Shown here in pieces: positions 21,119 to 30,794 of a stretch of DNA of 64,000 nucleotides (position 1 is its first letter; every line of letters begins with the position of its first letter). The stretch is from Pseudomonadota bacterium (lineage in GTDB: Archaea > Thermoplasmatota > SW-10-69-26 > JACQPN01 > JAJPHT01), in NCBI GenBank assembly GCA_021325135.1, contig JAJPHT010000029.1, positions 168,144-232,143 of the forward strand, given 5' to 3'. The position numbers and the translations under genes are program-made. The notes under the pieces were generated by a model. That model worked only from the letters and a program-made list of their open reading frames with translations, was not told the origin of the DNA and did no database searches.

Positions 21119-21234
21119 GACTTTGTCACGGCGCCACCACAGGTGCCGCCGAGATTCGACAATCTGTCACTGAAGAACCGTACTTCAAGAACTCGATCAG
21201 CCAAACAGCAGCCGCGACGGTCGCCCGATGCGGC

Positions 21235-21242
21235 TTTATATG
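21235..21242 (+). promoter_or_regulatory. Archaeal TATA box of csl4-rpoL
   Basis: TTTATAT about 30 nt upstream of ATG 21271. Confidence 0.65.
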
Positions 21243-21270
21243 AGCGCCCCTTTGCCCGCTCCGGGTTTTC

Positions 21271-21840
21271 ATGGCGGACCGGCGTCTCGTGTATCCCGGG
21301 GACTCCGTCGGCGTGGCCGAGGAGTTCGTCGCAGGGCCGGGCACCTACGAGGAGAATGGCGAGGTCTTCGCCGCGACCGTGGGCATGCTCACGCTGGACA
21401 CCACGGACTTCGTGGCGCGCGTCGAGCCCTTCCCCAGCCAGCCGGCCGTCGTCAAGCCCGGCGACATCGTGCTGGGCGTCGTGCAGGCCACGCGCCCCAG
21501 CATGGCCATCGTCGAGGTCAAGGCCATCGCGAGCAGGCCCAACCGCGGCATCGGCGGCGACACCAACGGCACGCTGCACGTCTCCAAGAGCAGCGACCAG
21601 TACGTCGACAGCATGGAGAGCGCCTTCCGCGTGCGCGACATCGTGCGCGCCAAGGTGCTCGAGTCCGACCCCGCCATCCAGCTCACCACCAAGGGCCCCG
21701 ACCTCGGGGTCCTCAAGTCCTACTGCCCGCGCTGCGGCAGCCCCATGGCCCGCAAGGGCCGCGGCGTCGTGTGCCCCGAGTGCGACTGGAAGGACACCAA
21801 GAAGCTCGCCGCGGACTACGGCGAGGGCTACATCCTCTGA
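21271..21840 (+). CDS. csl4: Exosome RNA-binding protein Csl4
   Basis: VYPGD..EEFVAGPGTY; S1 domain; C-terminal CPRC/CPEC zinc ribbon. Confidence 0.93.
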   Translation: MADRRLVYPGDSVGVAEEFVAGPGTYEENGEVFAATVGMLTLDTTDFVARVEPFPSQPAVVKPGDIVLGVVQATRPSMAIVEVKAIASRPNRGIGGDTNGTLHVSKSSDQYVDSMESAFRVRDIVRAKVLESDPAIQLTTKGPDLGVLKSYCPRCGSPMARKGRGVVCPECDWKDTKKLAADYGEGYIL

Positions 21841-21849
21841 GGTCTCCCC

Positions 21850-22128
21850 ATGGAACTGCGCCTTCGAAACAAGACGAACAACAAGCTGGAGCTCGAGGTC
21901 ATCGGGGAGAACGACACGCTCCTCAACCTCCTCAAGCAGAAGCTCCTCGAGGACCCCGGCGTCGAGACGGCCACCTACGTCATGGGCCACCCGTACCTCG
22001 ACAACCCCCTCTTCGTCGTGGAGACCAAGAGCGGCAAGCCCGAGCAGTCGCTGAAGAACGCGGCCAAGGAGCTGCGCCAGCAGTTCGACGAGTTCGAGAC
22101 GCTGCTCGTCCGCGCAACGGGGGCGTAA
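21850..22128 (+). CDS. rpoL: DNA-directed RNA polymerase subunit L (Rpo11)
   Basis: GENDTLLNLL...ATY.MGHP; conserved position after csl4. Confidence 0.92.
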   Translation: MELRLRNKTNNKLELEVIGENDTLLNLLKQKLLEDPGVETATYVMGHPYLDNPLFVVETKSGKPEQSLKNAAKELRQQFDEFETLLVRATGA

Positions 22129-22181
22129 GCCACCGTGCGCCGACGAACCGAAGGATCGTCGAGCGCCACGGGCCAGTGAGC

Positions 22182-23501
22182 ATGATCGAGCCCCAGGCGT
22201 TCGAGAAGGCGCTGGGGCTCGAACGATATCTCACCGCGGACCTCCCCGGCACGGGCGGCCGCCTCAAGGCGCGCCCCGAGGACTTTGTCGTCGAGGAGGT
22301 GCCCCTCGCCTTCCCACCCCCCGTCGCGGAGGGCAAGTACACCGTCGCCGCGCTGCGCGTGCGCAACTGGGAGACCAACCGCCTCGTGGGCGAATTGGCC
22401 CGCCGCCTGGACCTGCCGCGGGAGAGCGTCTTCTTCGCCGGCACCAAGGACAAGCGCGCCGTAACGACGCAGTACGTGAGCCTCCGCGCGCCCGAGGAGC
22501 GCGTGCGCGCCCTGGACCTCAAGGACGTGGAGGTGCTGGAGACGCGCCGCGTGGACCGCGCGCCCAAGATCGGCGAGCTGGTGGGCAACCGCTTCGCCAT
22601 CATCGTGCGCTCCATGGACGCGCCGCTGCGCGAGGCCGCCGCGCGCGCCTCCGCGATCCTCGCCCGCGTCGAGCGCGAAGGGGGCTTCCCCAACTACTTC
22701 GGCGTGCAGCGCTTCGGCGTCGTGCGCCCCGTGACGCACCTCGTGGGCGAGCAGATCGTCCGCGGCGACCTGGAGGAGGCCGTGCGCCTCTACGTGGGCA
22801 ACCCGCAGCCCGACGAGCCCGCCGAGACGCGCGAGGCGCGGGCCCGCTACGACGCGACGCGCGACCCCGCCTCGTCCCTCCCCCTCTTCCCGCGCTACGC
22901 GGGCTTCGAGCGCCAGATGCTCGACCACCTCGCGCGCCACCCGGGCGACTTCGAAGGCGCCCTGCTCTCCCTCCCCGCGAACCTGCGCACCATGTTCGTC
23001 TACGCGGCGCAGAGCCTCCTCTTCAACCGCATCGTGAGCCGCCGCATGGCCGCGGGCCTGGGCCTCAACGACCCCACCGTGGGCGACCTCGTCGCGGCCG
23101 TGGACGCCGAGGGCCGCCCCGAGAAGGAGCGCCTCCACCGCGTCACCCCCACGAACCTGGAGCGCGTCCGGAGGCTGTGCCGCAAGGGCGGCGCGCTGGT
23201 CACGGGCGGCATCCTGGGCAGCGACGCGCCCTTCGCGGAGGGCCCCATGGGCGAGATCGAGCGCGCCGTCCTCGCCGAGGCAGGCTATCGCCAGGAGGAC
23301 TTCCGCATCCCGCACCTCCCCGAGGTCGCGAGCTTCGGCACGCGCCGCGAGCTTCTCGCCCCCTTGGGCCCCGTGACGTGGGACGCGGGCGAGGACGACG
23401 CCGGCGAGCGCATCGCGCTGCGCTTCTTCCTCCTCAAGGGGAGCTACGCCACCTGCCTCCTCCGGGAGGTCCTCAAGAGCCCCGCCGCAGCCTTCGGCTG
23501 A
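22182..23501 (+). CDS. truD: tRNA pseudouridine(13) synthase TruD
   Basis: PEDFVVEE, AGTKDKRAVTTQ, GNRF, PNYFGVQRFG, KGSYAT. Confidence 0.95.
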   Translation: MIEPQAFEKALGLERYLTADLPGTGGRLKARPEDFVVEEVPLAFPPPVAEGKYTVAALRVRNWETNRLVGELARRLDLPRESVFFAGTKDKRAVTTQYVSLRAPEERVRALDLKDVEVLETRRVDRAPKIGELVGNRFAIIVRSMDAPLREAAARASAILARVEREGGFPNYFGVQRFGVVRPVTHLVGEQIVRGDLEEAVRLYVGNPQPDEPAETREARARYDATRDPASSLPLFPRYAGFERQMLDHLARHPGDFEGALLSLPANLRTMFVYAAQSLLFNRIVSRRMAAGLGLNDPTVGDLVAAVDAEGRPEKERLHRVTPTNLERVRRLCRKGGALVTGGILGSDAPFAEGPMGEIERAVLAEAGYRQEDFRIPHLPEVASFGTRRELLAPLGPVTWDAGEDDAGERIALRFFLLKGSYATCLLREVLKSPAAAFG

Positions 23502-23568
23502 GCCTCGGCCGGGCCGCACCCCGGCAGATTCCGGTTGGCTTAAGCGTGGCGGGAGGAGGATACCCCCC

Positions 23569-24087
23569 ATGCGCTCGGGGCTCCTCACGGCCATCGCCCT
23601 CGCCCTTGCCGGCGTCGGCGAGGTCCAGTGGGCCATCGCGTTCTTCACCCATGGGAACCAGCTCTTCGACGCGCTGATGACGCTCATCGCCGGCATCGGC
23701 CTGGGAATCGCGGCCTTCGGGTTCTACGCCGACGCCGAAGGGCGCCACGTCGCCGCCCCCGTGGGCCTCGCCGTCGCGGCCGCCGCGCAGGTGGGCTACG
23801 TCGCCGCCTACGCCGGGCACGCGGCGCTCACCCCCGTGGGCCCCATCACGCTCGCCACGCTGGGCAGCGCGCTGGGCCTCGTGCTGGCCGCCTTCGGCGC
23901 GCGCCGCGGCGCCGCCACGCTGACCCTCGCCCGCGCGGGCCTCGCCATCGCCTGCGTGAGCGGCATCCTCTGGATCGTCGGCGACGCCAGCGCGGGCGAG
24001 TTCAGCTTCATGTTCGGCAACGTCATGGCGCCCCTGGGCTGGGGGCTCGCCGCCCTTTTCGCCGGGCGCGCGGACGCCGAGGCGTGA
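23569..24087 (+). CDS. Hypothetical membrane protein
   Basis: About six hydrophobic helices; CTTAAG box upstream. Confidence 0.7.
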   Translation: MRSGLLTAIALALAGVGEVQWAIAFFTHGNQLFDALMTLIAGIGLGIAAFGFYADAEGRHVAAPVGLAVAAAAQVGYVAAYAGHAALTPVGPITLATLGSALGLVLAAFGARRGAATLTLARAGLAIACVSGILWIVGDASAGEFSFMFGNVMAPLGWGLAALFAGRADAEA

Positions 24088-24142
24088 ACGCGCGTTTCAG
24101 GATCGGTGCCTTCTTAATCGCGCGCCGAGTCTAAGCCATCGG

Positions 24143-25156
24143 ATGCACACCTTGGACGCGTTTCTTGCGGAGGTCGACCGGCGCCTCAAGGACGCCGACG
24201 ACCGGGAGCCGCGCGTGATCGACCTGCTTCGCCCCGAAGAGACCGCCGCCCTGCGCGCCCGCGGCTCCAAGGTGTTCCGCGTCCTCGTGCGCATCAGCGA
24301 CGACAAGCTCCTCTCCATCCCCCAGCAGGTCAAGGAGTGCGTCCGCTACGCGTGGGGCGACGCCGTCGCGGGCGCGCGCCGCGCCGACGCCGACGAGGTC
24401 GGCGGGGTCGTCGACCGCGTCTACAGCCTGGGCGAGCACAGCGGCTTCAAGATCGACCAGAGCCCCGTGATGGCGCGGGTCCTCCGCGAGGCCGAAGAGG
24501 GCGGGTTCGACGCGCTGGTGTGCCGCGACGGCTCGCGCCTGGGGCGCGACTACTGGGAGAAGATGGGCACCATCCGCGACCTGCGCCGCGCCGACGTCGA
24601 GCTGCACATCCTGGAGGACGGCGGCTTCTTCGACTACGAGGACAGCATGAGCAAGGTCCGCAGCTTCGCCAACACATGGGGCGACGAGGGCAAGAAGCTG
24701 GAGGAGATCCGCAAGTCCATGCGCGCCACGGAGGCCATCCGCGAGGCGCGCTTCCCCACCACGAGCCTCCCCTACGGCTACGAGCCCGCGCTGGACCCCG
24801 TGAGCCGGCGGAAGGTGTGGCGCCAGACGCCCGACGCGGCCAAGGTGCGCGCGATCTTCCAGAGCCTCACCGAGGAGCCCTACGAGGAGTTCAGCAGCCT
24901 CTCGCGCCGCTTCGGCGTGAGCCGGCAACTCCTCCGCAAGATCCTGCGCAACCGCGCCTACACGGGCGGGTTCAACTGGAAGGGCGAGTTCGTCCACGCC
25001 GAGCCGCACGTCATCCCGCCCGTGATCGACGAGGCGCTCTTCGAGGCGGTCCAGAAGATCCTGGAGCGCCGCGAGATGACGGCCCGCATCCGCAGCCCGG
25101 ACCTCATGGACGTGCTGCTGGGCTTCCAGGGGAGCCCCCAGAAGCCGGCGCCGTAA
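24143..25156 (+). CDS. Serine recombinase A (resolvase catalytic domain plus recombinase domain)
   Basis: VRISDD..SIPQQ (catalytic Ser), DGSRLGRD, PYGY, ILRNRAYTG, PPVIDEALFEAVQ. Confidence 0.88.
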   Translation: MHTLDAFLAEVDRRLKDADDREPRVIDLLRPEETAALRARGSKVFRVLVRISDDKLLSIPQQVKECVRYAWGDAVAGARRADADEVGGVVDRVYSLGEHSGFKIDQSPVMARVLREAEEGGFDALVCRDGSRLGRDYWEKMGTIRDLRRADVELHILEDGGFFDYEDSMSKVRSFANTWGDEGKKLEEIRKSMRATEAIREARFPTTSLPYGYEPALDPVSRRKVWRQTPDAAKVRAIFQSLTEEPYEEFSSLSRRFGVSRQLLRKILRNRAYTGGFNWKGEFVHAEPHVIPPVIDEALFEAVQKILERREMTARIRSPDLMDVLLGFQGSPQKPAP

Positions 25157-25242
25157 GGACCGGGTTTCTCGTACCGTTCGTACGAGTCCTACGGTTAGTA
25201 ATTTAGGAATCACCCTGAACAAGTCAACGATTTTTCCAGGTC

Positions 25243-26139
25243 CTACTTGGGGCTTCTCCGGTCATCACCCTTGGAAGCCCCTCGGCGCTGCCCCCGGATC
25301 TCCTGGACCGCCCCAAACGCCTCGGCGGTCACCAGGGGCGGGACCACCTCGGCGGAGCAGGCCCGGAAGGCCCCCTCCCAGGTGTAGCCACCCGTGTACG
25401 CCCGGTTCGACAGGATGCGGTCGACCTGCGAGGGCGTGAGCCCCCGGTCGCGCCCCAAGGCGCTGAGGTTCGCGTCGGGCTCGCGCAGCAGCGCGTCGAA
25501 GAGGCTCCGGACGTTGGCGCCCTCCGCCTCGTGGACGCGCCACACGCGGCGCCCCAGCCTGGGGTCCTTCACGCTGCGGTAGCCGTAGGGGGGCCGCGTC
25601 GTGGGCAGGCCCATGTCGCGCAGCGCGGCGGTGGCGCGGGTGGCCTTGCGGATCTCCTCGCGCTTCTTCTCCTCGTCGGCCCACGTGCTGGCCCACGACT
25701 TGACCTTGTGGAGGCGGTCCTCGAAGTCGAAGGCGCCGCCGTCCTCGACGACGTGGAACTCGATCTTGGCGGCGCGCAGGTCGCGCAGCGTGCCCATCTT
25801 CTCCCAGTAGTCGCGCCCCAGGCGGCTGGAGTCGCGCACCACCAGGGCATGGAACCGCCCTTGGCGCGCGTCGTCGAGGAGCTGCTGGTAGACGGGGCTC
25901 GCCGTCATGCTGAAGCCGCTGTGCTCGCCGACGTTGTAGATGCCGTCGAGGAACGCCGGGGCGCCCAAGGCGGCCACGTAGGCGGCGCAGTCGTGGACCT
26001 GCTGCGGGATGCTGCGGAGCTTGTCGTCGCTCACGCGCGTCAGCACCCGGTAGCGCTTGGCCCCGTCCGGCGCCTCCAGCGTGACGACGGCGGGCTTGGT
26101 GTCGGGGCGCGGGAGGAGGTCCTCAAGCCTTGCGGACAT
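25243..26139 (-). CDS. Serine recombinase B, paralogue of A
   Basis: TRVSDD..SIPQQ, DSSRLGRD, PYGY, ILSNRAYTG, PPLVTAEAFGAVQ. Confidence 0.88.
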   Translation of the reverse strand: MSARLEDLLPRPDTKPAVVTLEAPDGAKRYRVLTRVSDDKLRSIPQQVHDCAAYVAALGAPAFLDGIYNVGEHSGFSMTASPVYQQLLDDARQGRFHALVVRDSSRLGRDYWEKMGTLRDLRAAKIEFHVVEDGGAFDFEDRLHKVKSWASTWADEEKKREEIRKATRATAALRDMGLPTTRPPYGYRSVKDPRLGRRVWRVHEAEGANVRSLFDALLREPDANLSALGRDRGLTPSQVDRILSNRAYTGGYTWEGAFRACSAEVVPPLVTAEAFGAVQEIRGQRRGASKGDDRRSPK

Positions 26140-26440
26140 GGGCGGCGGTCCCTTGGAGCTCCCAGTCGACGCGGGAGCGGTCGTTCATGCGAAGCTGCTC
26201 CACCACGGCGGCGGGCAGCGCGGTGTAGAGGCTGTTGCCGCGGGTCTGCTTGTAGAGCCGGTACGTCGCCGCCTCGCCCTCCTCGCTCCCGGCCTTGGTG
26301 ACCCGGGCATACCCCCCCTCCACGTTCCAGCGCAGCCGGTCCGACGGGACCAGCCCCAGCTGGTCGCGGACCGCCTTGGGCACGGTCGTGAGCAGGTTGG
26401 ATTCGTATCCGGTGCGCCAGACGCGCGTTTCCAGCCCCAT
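26123..26440 (-). CDS. Tandem AbrB/MazE-like DNA-binding protein
   Basis: Two repeats (SNLLTTVPKAVRDQLGL..SDRLRW and NSLYTALPAAVVEQLRM...SRVDW); overlaps the start of recombinase B. Confidence 0.8.
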   Translation of the reverse strand: MGLETRVWRTGYESNLLTTVPKAVRDQLGLVPSDRLRWNVEGGYARVTKAGSEEGEAATYRLYKQTRGNSLYTALPAAVVEQLRMNDRSRVDWELQGTAAHVRKA

Positions 26441-26488
26441 CTAGTGACTCACCTAGTTTGACATCTAGTGAAAGGTCTAGTTAAATTC
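26441..26488 (-). promoter_or_regulatory. Four CTAGT motifs at 12-bp period spanning the TATA-like box to the start codon
   Basis: CTAG at 26441, 26453, 26465 and 26477; TTTAA on the minus strand at 26481-26485. Confidence 0.75.
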
Positions 26489-26776
26489 CCGCGGTTTTGA
26501 TTTCGCGGTGGACGGGGCCTCGTTTCACCCCTCCAGGCGCCCGAGGGCCATCGCTTCAGCCATGGGCGACAGGCCACTCAGGCACCCAACAAGCCCGATT
26601 CGCATTTCTCGGTTGCTTCCAGAATTAATGCCTCAAGATCGCCAGCTTGTGAGATAGAATCACGGAAAACGCGAACACAAAAAAAGAATCACGCTTCTTC
26701 CGTACAAGGCAGGTGAACCCCCCGGTGACACGCGAAACCGTATGCCCGCGGGGGTGGGCTTGGCGGTCCGGAGGCC

Positions 26777-27274
26777 GTGATGCGAGTGCGAGCCAGGTGG
26801 ATCGCCGTTGCGCTGGCCTTGCTCCTTCTCTTCCCGCTGGCGGGGGGCGAGTCCGGCTCGCACCTGACGCGGCGGGTCACGCAGCTGGTGGCCAGTCCGA
26901 CGCCCGTCGCGGGCGTGACGCTCCTGGACGACGCCCATGCGTGGCGCGTCGACCTGCCCGTGGGCGTGTGCGTCATGGTGGTCGCGCACGAGGCGGGCTT
27001 GGCCCCCTTCGTGCTGCGCGCGGCGAACGGGGATGACGCGGTGGACACCCCCAACCCCGGGTTCGACCAGTCGCTGGTCCTCCCGGCGCCCGTGAGCGCG
27101 CCCGGGTCGTGGACCGTGACGCTGGACCCCGTGGCCGGCGGGCCCGTGGACGTGATGCTCTCGTTCGACGGGCGCTACGTGGACTGCGCCGCCAGCGCCC
27201 CCGCCTCGTTCTCCCTGTGGGACGTGTCCCGCGCGCCCCCGTGCGTGGACGGCGCCGGAGCGTGCCTTCCTTGA
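26777..27274 (+). CDS. Hypothetical secreted protein
   Basis: Signal-peptide-like N-terminus; GGAGG upstream. Confidence 0.65.
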   Translation: MMRVRARWIAVALALLLLFPLAGGESGSHLTRRVTQLVASPTPVAGVTLLDDAHAWRVDLPVGVCVMVVAHEAGLAPFVLRAANGDDAVDTPNPGFDQSLVLPAPVSAPGSWTVTLDPVAGGPVDVMLSFDGRYVDCAASAPASFSLWDVSRAPPCVDGAGACLP

Positions 27275-30200
27275 CGCGCCGCGGCTGGATGGCCCTCGCC
27301 TTCGCGGGGCTGCTCCTCGCCGCGTCGCTGCCCCTGGTCCTGGGCGGCGCGGGGTCGCGCCTCGCGGCGTTCCTCGTGGACCCCGCGGCGCCCGGCGCGC
27401 TGCCCGCCCCGCCGACCATCCGCCTCGACGCGCCCGCGCCGGGCGAGGGCGTCGGCCCCGCGGTGACGCTGGCCGGCGAGGCGCGCGCGACGCCCGGCGG
27501 CGCGGTGCAGGATATCGAACTGCGCGTGGACGGCGGCCGCTGGGCCAGCCTGCCCGACGCGCCGCGCGGCGCGCCCGCGGTGCCCTTCCGCGCGGACCTG
27601 GACCTCGACCCGGGCGACCATCTTCTCGAAGTGCGCGCCTGGGACGGCGCCTCCTTCTCCCTGCCCGCCCGATCTCTCGTCCGCGCGGGCGCGACGCCCG
27701 CCCCCACCGTCGCCATCGTGACGCCCGCGGACGGCTCGGGCCTCGCCTCGGGCGACGCCACGGTGACGGGCACGCTGCGCAACGGCCCCGCCCGCGTCGT
27801 CGTCGAGGCGGCGGGCGCCACCACGGACGCCACCGTCGAGGGCTCCGTGTGGCGCGCGAAGGTCGCCCTGCCCCCCGGCGTCTCCTCCATCGTCGCGCGC
27901 GCCATCGCGTCCCAGGAGAGCCTCCCCGCCCGCGCTACGGTCTCCGTGGGCGGCCCCACCCTCGCGGTGGTCGCGCCCCAGGAGGGGGACGCGTTCGGCT
28001 CGGCGGGCGATCCCACCTGTTCGTGCGTGCTCGTGGCGGGCGCCGTCTCCCCCGACGCGGCGCGCGTCGAGGCCTCGCTGGACGGCGAGCCCGCCGCCAA
28101 CGCCACCCTGGAGGGCGCCTCCTTCTCGTGGCGCATCCCCATGGATTCCCTCGTCTCGGGGCCCCACCGCGTCGCGCTGATGCCCGTCTCCGCCGCGGGC
28201 GCGCCGGGGGCCCCGCGCGAGGTCCGCTTCCTGGCGCGCACGCCTCGCGTCGTGGCCGTGACGGGCGACGAAGCCCCGCGCCTCACGGGCACGCCCCTCT
28301 CCTTCTCCCTCGCGGGCAACGCCACCGCGCGCTGGACGCTGGACGGCGCGCCCGCGGGCGAGGGCCCCTCGGTTGATATCACCCTCGCGTCGCCCGGCCC
28401 GCACGCGCTGAGCGCCGCGACGGAGGACGGTCGGGGGCGCCCCGCCACCGCGGAGGTCCCGCTTCTCGCCCTCAACCGCCCTCCCATCGCGGCGCTCCAC
28501 GCCCAGGCGGGCCTCGCGGTGGCGGACACGCCGTTCCGCGCCGAGGCCTCCGACCCGGACGGCTCCGTGGCGCGCTACGCGTGGGAGTTCGGCGACGGAT
28601 CGGCCACCACCACCACCTCGGGCCCTGAGACGATGCACCGCTACGCCTCCGAGGGGCTTTACCGGGCGAACCTCACCATCTTCGACGACCTTGGCGCCGC
28701 GAGCCCCGTCGCCACGCTCCTCGTCGCCATCGCCAACGCGCCCCCCGTCGCGTCCTTCTGGCACGAGCCCGACGCGCCCACCGTCTTCGACGACGCGCAG
28801 TTCACCGACGCGTCGCAGGACCCCGAGGGCGCGCTGGTGGCCCGCCACTGGGACTTCGGCGACGGCGCCACCGCCGAGGGCGCGTTCGCGACGCACCGCT
28901 TCGCGACGCGGGGCGATCACACCGTCACGCTGCGCGTGGAGGACGCCGCGGGCGCCGCGGCCATCGCCACGCAGGTCGTCCACGTGCAGGACGTCGCGCC
29001 GCAGCCCGCCTTCACGTGGTCGCCCCTGGCGCCCCGCGCCGGCGAGGAGGTGGCCTTCGCCGACGCCTCGCGCAAGCCCGACGGCGCCATCGTCGACTGG
29101 AGCTGGAGCTTCGGCGGCCGCGGCCCCCTGGCGACGCACGCGTTCCCCGCCCCTGGCGCTTATGATATCACGCTGAACGTCACCGATGACTTCGGCCAGC
29201 GCGCGTCGGCCACGAGGACGATCCGCGTCGGCGACGCCGCGCCCGAGGTGCGCGCCATCCTGGCCGACCCCGCGCGCCCCCTTGCGCGGCAGCCCGTCGC
29301 GTTCCGCGCGCTGGCCAACGACGCCCTGGGCGCCATCGCGTCGCTCCGCTGGGACTTCGGCGACGGCAACGCGTCCGACGCGATGGCGCCCACGCACGCC
29401 TACGCCCGCAGCGGGTCCTACCGGGTCGCGGTCCTCGCCACGAGCCCCGCCAACGTCACCGCGCTCGCCAACGTGACGATCGCGGTGGAGGACGCTCCGC
29501 CCGTCGCGCGGCTCGACGCGCCCGGCGGCGAGGCCGGCGATCCGCTGGTCCTGGACGGCTCGGGAAGCGCGGACCCGGACGGCCGCGTCGCGCGCTACGT
29601 GTTCGATGCCGATGGCGACGGCCTCCCCGACTGCGACGGCCCCTCGCCGCGCTGCTCCTTCGCCTACCCCGCCGCGGGGCTCTACCTGGCGAACCTCACC
29701 GTGCAGGACGACGAGGGCGCCACCGCCAGCGACACGCTCGCGGTGGCGATCCTCGCCGCGCCCCCCGAGAAGGCGCCGCCCCAGGTCGTCGTCCAGAAGC
29801 CCCTTCCCGGCTCCGCGCTCTCGGGGCCGACGGTCCTCTCGGGCGTCGCCACGGGCAACCGCAGCGTCGTGTCCGTCGACGCGCAGCTTCGAACCGGCTC
29901 GCGGGCCCTCGCGCTGGGCGTCGCGCCCTGGATGCCCGCGCAGGGGATCGCGCCCTGGCGGCTCGCGCTGGACACCGCGGCATTCCCCGACGGGCCCTAC
30001 ACGCTGGTCGTGCGCGCGACCGACTCCGCGGGCGTGCAGGGCTTCGCCTTCGTGCCGGTAGAGATCCGCAACGGCCCGCAGGAGACGCCCCTCGCGCTGC
30101 GCATCGCCAACGCGCCCCTGGACCCGGTGGGCCCCGACTACGACCTCGAAGGGAGCGCGTACCACCCGCAGGGCGTGAGCGCGGTGCGCTGGCGCATGGA

Positions 30201-30771
30201 CGAGGGCCCCTGGAGCGACCCCGACGGGCCGCCCCAGGCGTTCACGCTCCCGCTGCGCGGCCTCCTTCCGGGCCTCCACGTCGTGGTCGTGGACGCCTAC
30301 CACGGCGTCTCCGAGAAGCGCGAGGCCACGGTGGAGGTGCGCGTCGCCTCGCCGCCCCCCGCGCTGGCGGTGGACGAGCCGCCGGGCCCCCTGGCGTATG
30401 GCCTCCTGCACGCCGCGGGGCGCACGGTGGGCAACGGCTCGGTGGAGTGGCGCCTGGACAGCGGCGTCTGGCGGAGGGTCGACGCGACGGGCCCCGAGTG
30501 GCGCCTCGACGCGCCCACGGGCGACCTGCCCGCCGGCCGGCACGCCCTCTCGCTGCGCGCCGTGGGGCCCGAGGGCGCCGCGGGCGACGCGAGGACGTGG
30601 AGCGTCAAGGTCGTGCGCGCCGTGGGCGACTCGCGCTTCGCCGGCTGGGGCGCCGAGGAGATCGACGGTCCGGCTCCTGCGCCCGAGCGCCGCGCGCCCC
30701 TGGACCTCATGGCACCCCTCGCGGCGCTGGCGCTGGCGGCCGCGTTCGGCGCCGCCCGGAGAAGGCTTTAG
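27271..30771 (+). CDS. PKD/Ig-like repeat surface protein with a C-terminal sorting-like tail
   Basis: Repeated WxFGDG and DPDG PKD motifs; C-terminal hydrophobic helix followed by RRR; TTGA overlap with the upstream gene. Confidence 0.88.
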   Translation: MTRRGWMALAFAGLLLAASLPLVLGGAGSRLAAFLVDPAAPGALPAPPTIRLDAPAPGEGVGPAVTLAGEARATPGGAVQDIELRVDGGRWASLPDAPRGAPAVPFRADLDLDPGDHLLEVRAWDGASFSLPARSLVRAGATPAPTVAIVTPADGSGLASGDATVTGTLRNGPARVVVEAAGATTDATVEGSVWRAKVALPPGVSSIVARAIASQESLPARATVSVGGPTLAVVAPQEGDAFGSAGDPTCSCVLVAGAVSPDAARVEASLDGEPAANATLEGASFSWRIPMDSLVSGPHRVALMPVSAAGAPGAPREVRFLARTPRVVAVTGDEAPRLTGTPLSFSLAGNATARWTLDGAPAGEGPSVDITLASPGPHALSAATEDGRGRPATAEVPLLALNRPPIAALHAQAGLAVADTPFRAEASDPDGSVARYAWEFGDGSATTTTSGPETMHRYASEGLYRANLTIFDDLGAASPVATLLVAIANAPPVASFWHEPDAPTVFDDAQFTDASQDPEGALVARHWDFGDGATAEGAFATHRFATRGDHTVTLRVEDAAGAAAIATQVVHVQDVAPQPAFTWSPLAPRAGEEVAFADASRKPDGAIVDWSWSFGGRGPLATHAFPAPGAYDITLNVTDDFGQRASATRTIRVGDAAPEVRAILADPARPLARQPVAFRALANDALGAIASLRWDFGDGNASDAMAPTHAYARSGSYRVAVLATSPANVTALANVTIAVEDAPPVARLDAPGGEAGDPLVLDGSGSADPDGRVARYVFDADGDGLPDCDGPSPRCSFAYPAAGLYLANLTVQDDEGATASDTLAVAILAAPPEKAPPQVVVQKPLPGSALSGPTVLSGVATGNRSVVSVDAQLRTGSRALALGVAPWMPAQGIAPWRLALDTAAFPDGPYTLVVRATDSAGVQGFAFVPVEIRNGPQETPLALRIANAPLDPVGPDYDLEGSAYHPQGVSAVRWRMDEGPWSDPDGPPQAFTLPLRGLLPGLHVVVVDAYHGVSEKREATVEVRVASPPPALAVDEPPGPLAYGLLHAAGRTVGNGSVEWRLDSGVWRRVDATGPEWRLDAPTGDLPAGRHALSLRAVGPEGAAGDARTWSVKVVRAVGDSRFAGWGAEEIDGPAPAPERRAPLDLMAPLAALALAAAFGAARRRL

Positions 30772-30794
30772 CCGAGGCCGCGCGTCGTGCACGC

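Noticed and set aside
24143-26139. IS607-family transposon
   Set aside because: No N-terminal MerR-like HTH and no tnpB; the proteins carry a C-terminal recombinase domain instead
24088-26431. 11-bp direct repeat ACGCGCGTTTC as att sites flanking the recombinase pair
   Set aside because: The second copy lies inside the abrB coding sequence; it is short and could be chance
10656-26500. tRNA-Gly as integration site for the recombinase locus
   Set aside because: I saw no duplicated tRNA 3' end, and core genes (dnaJ, csl4, rpoL, truD) lie in between
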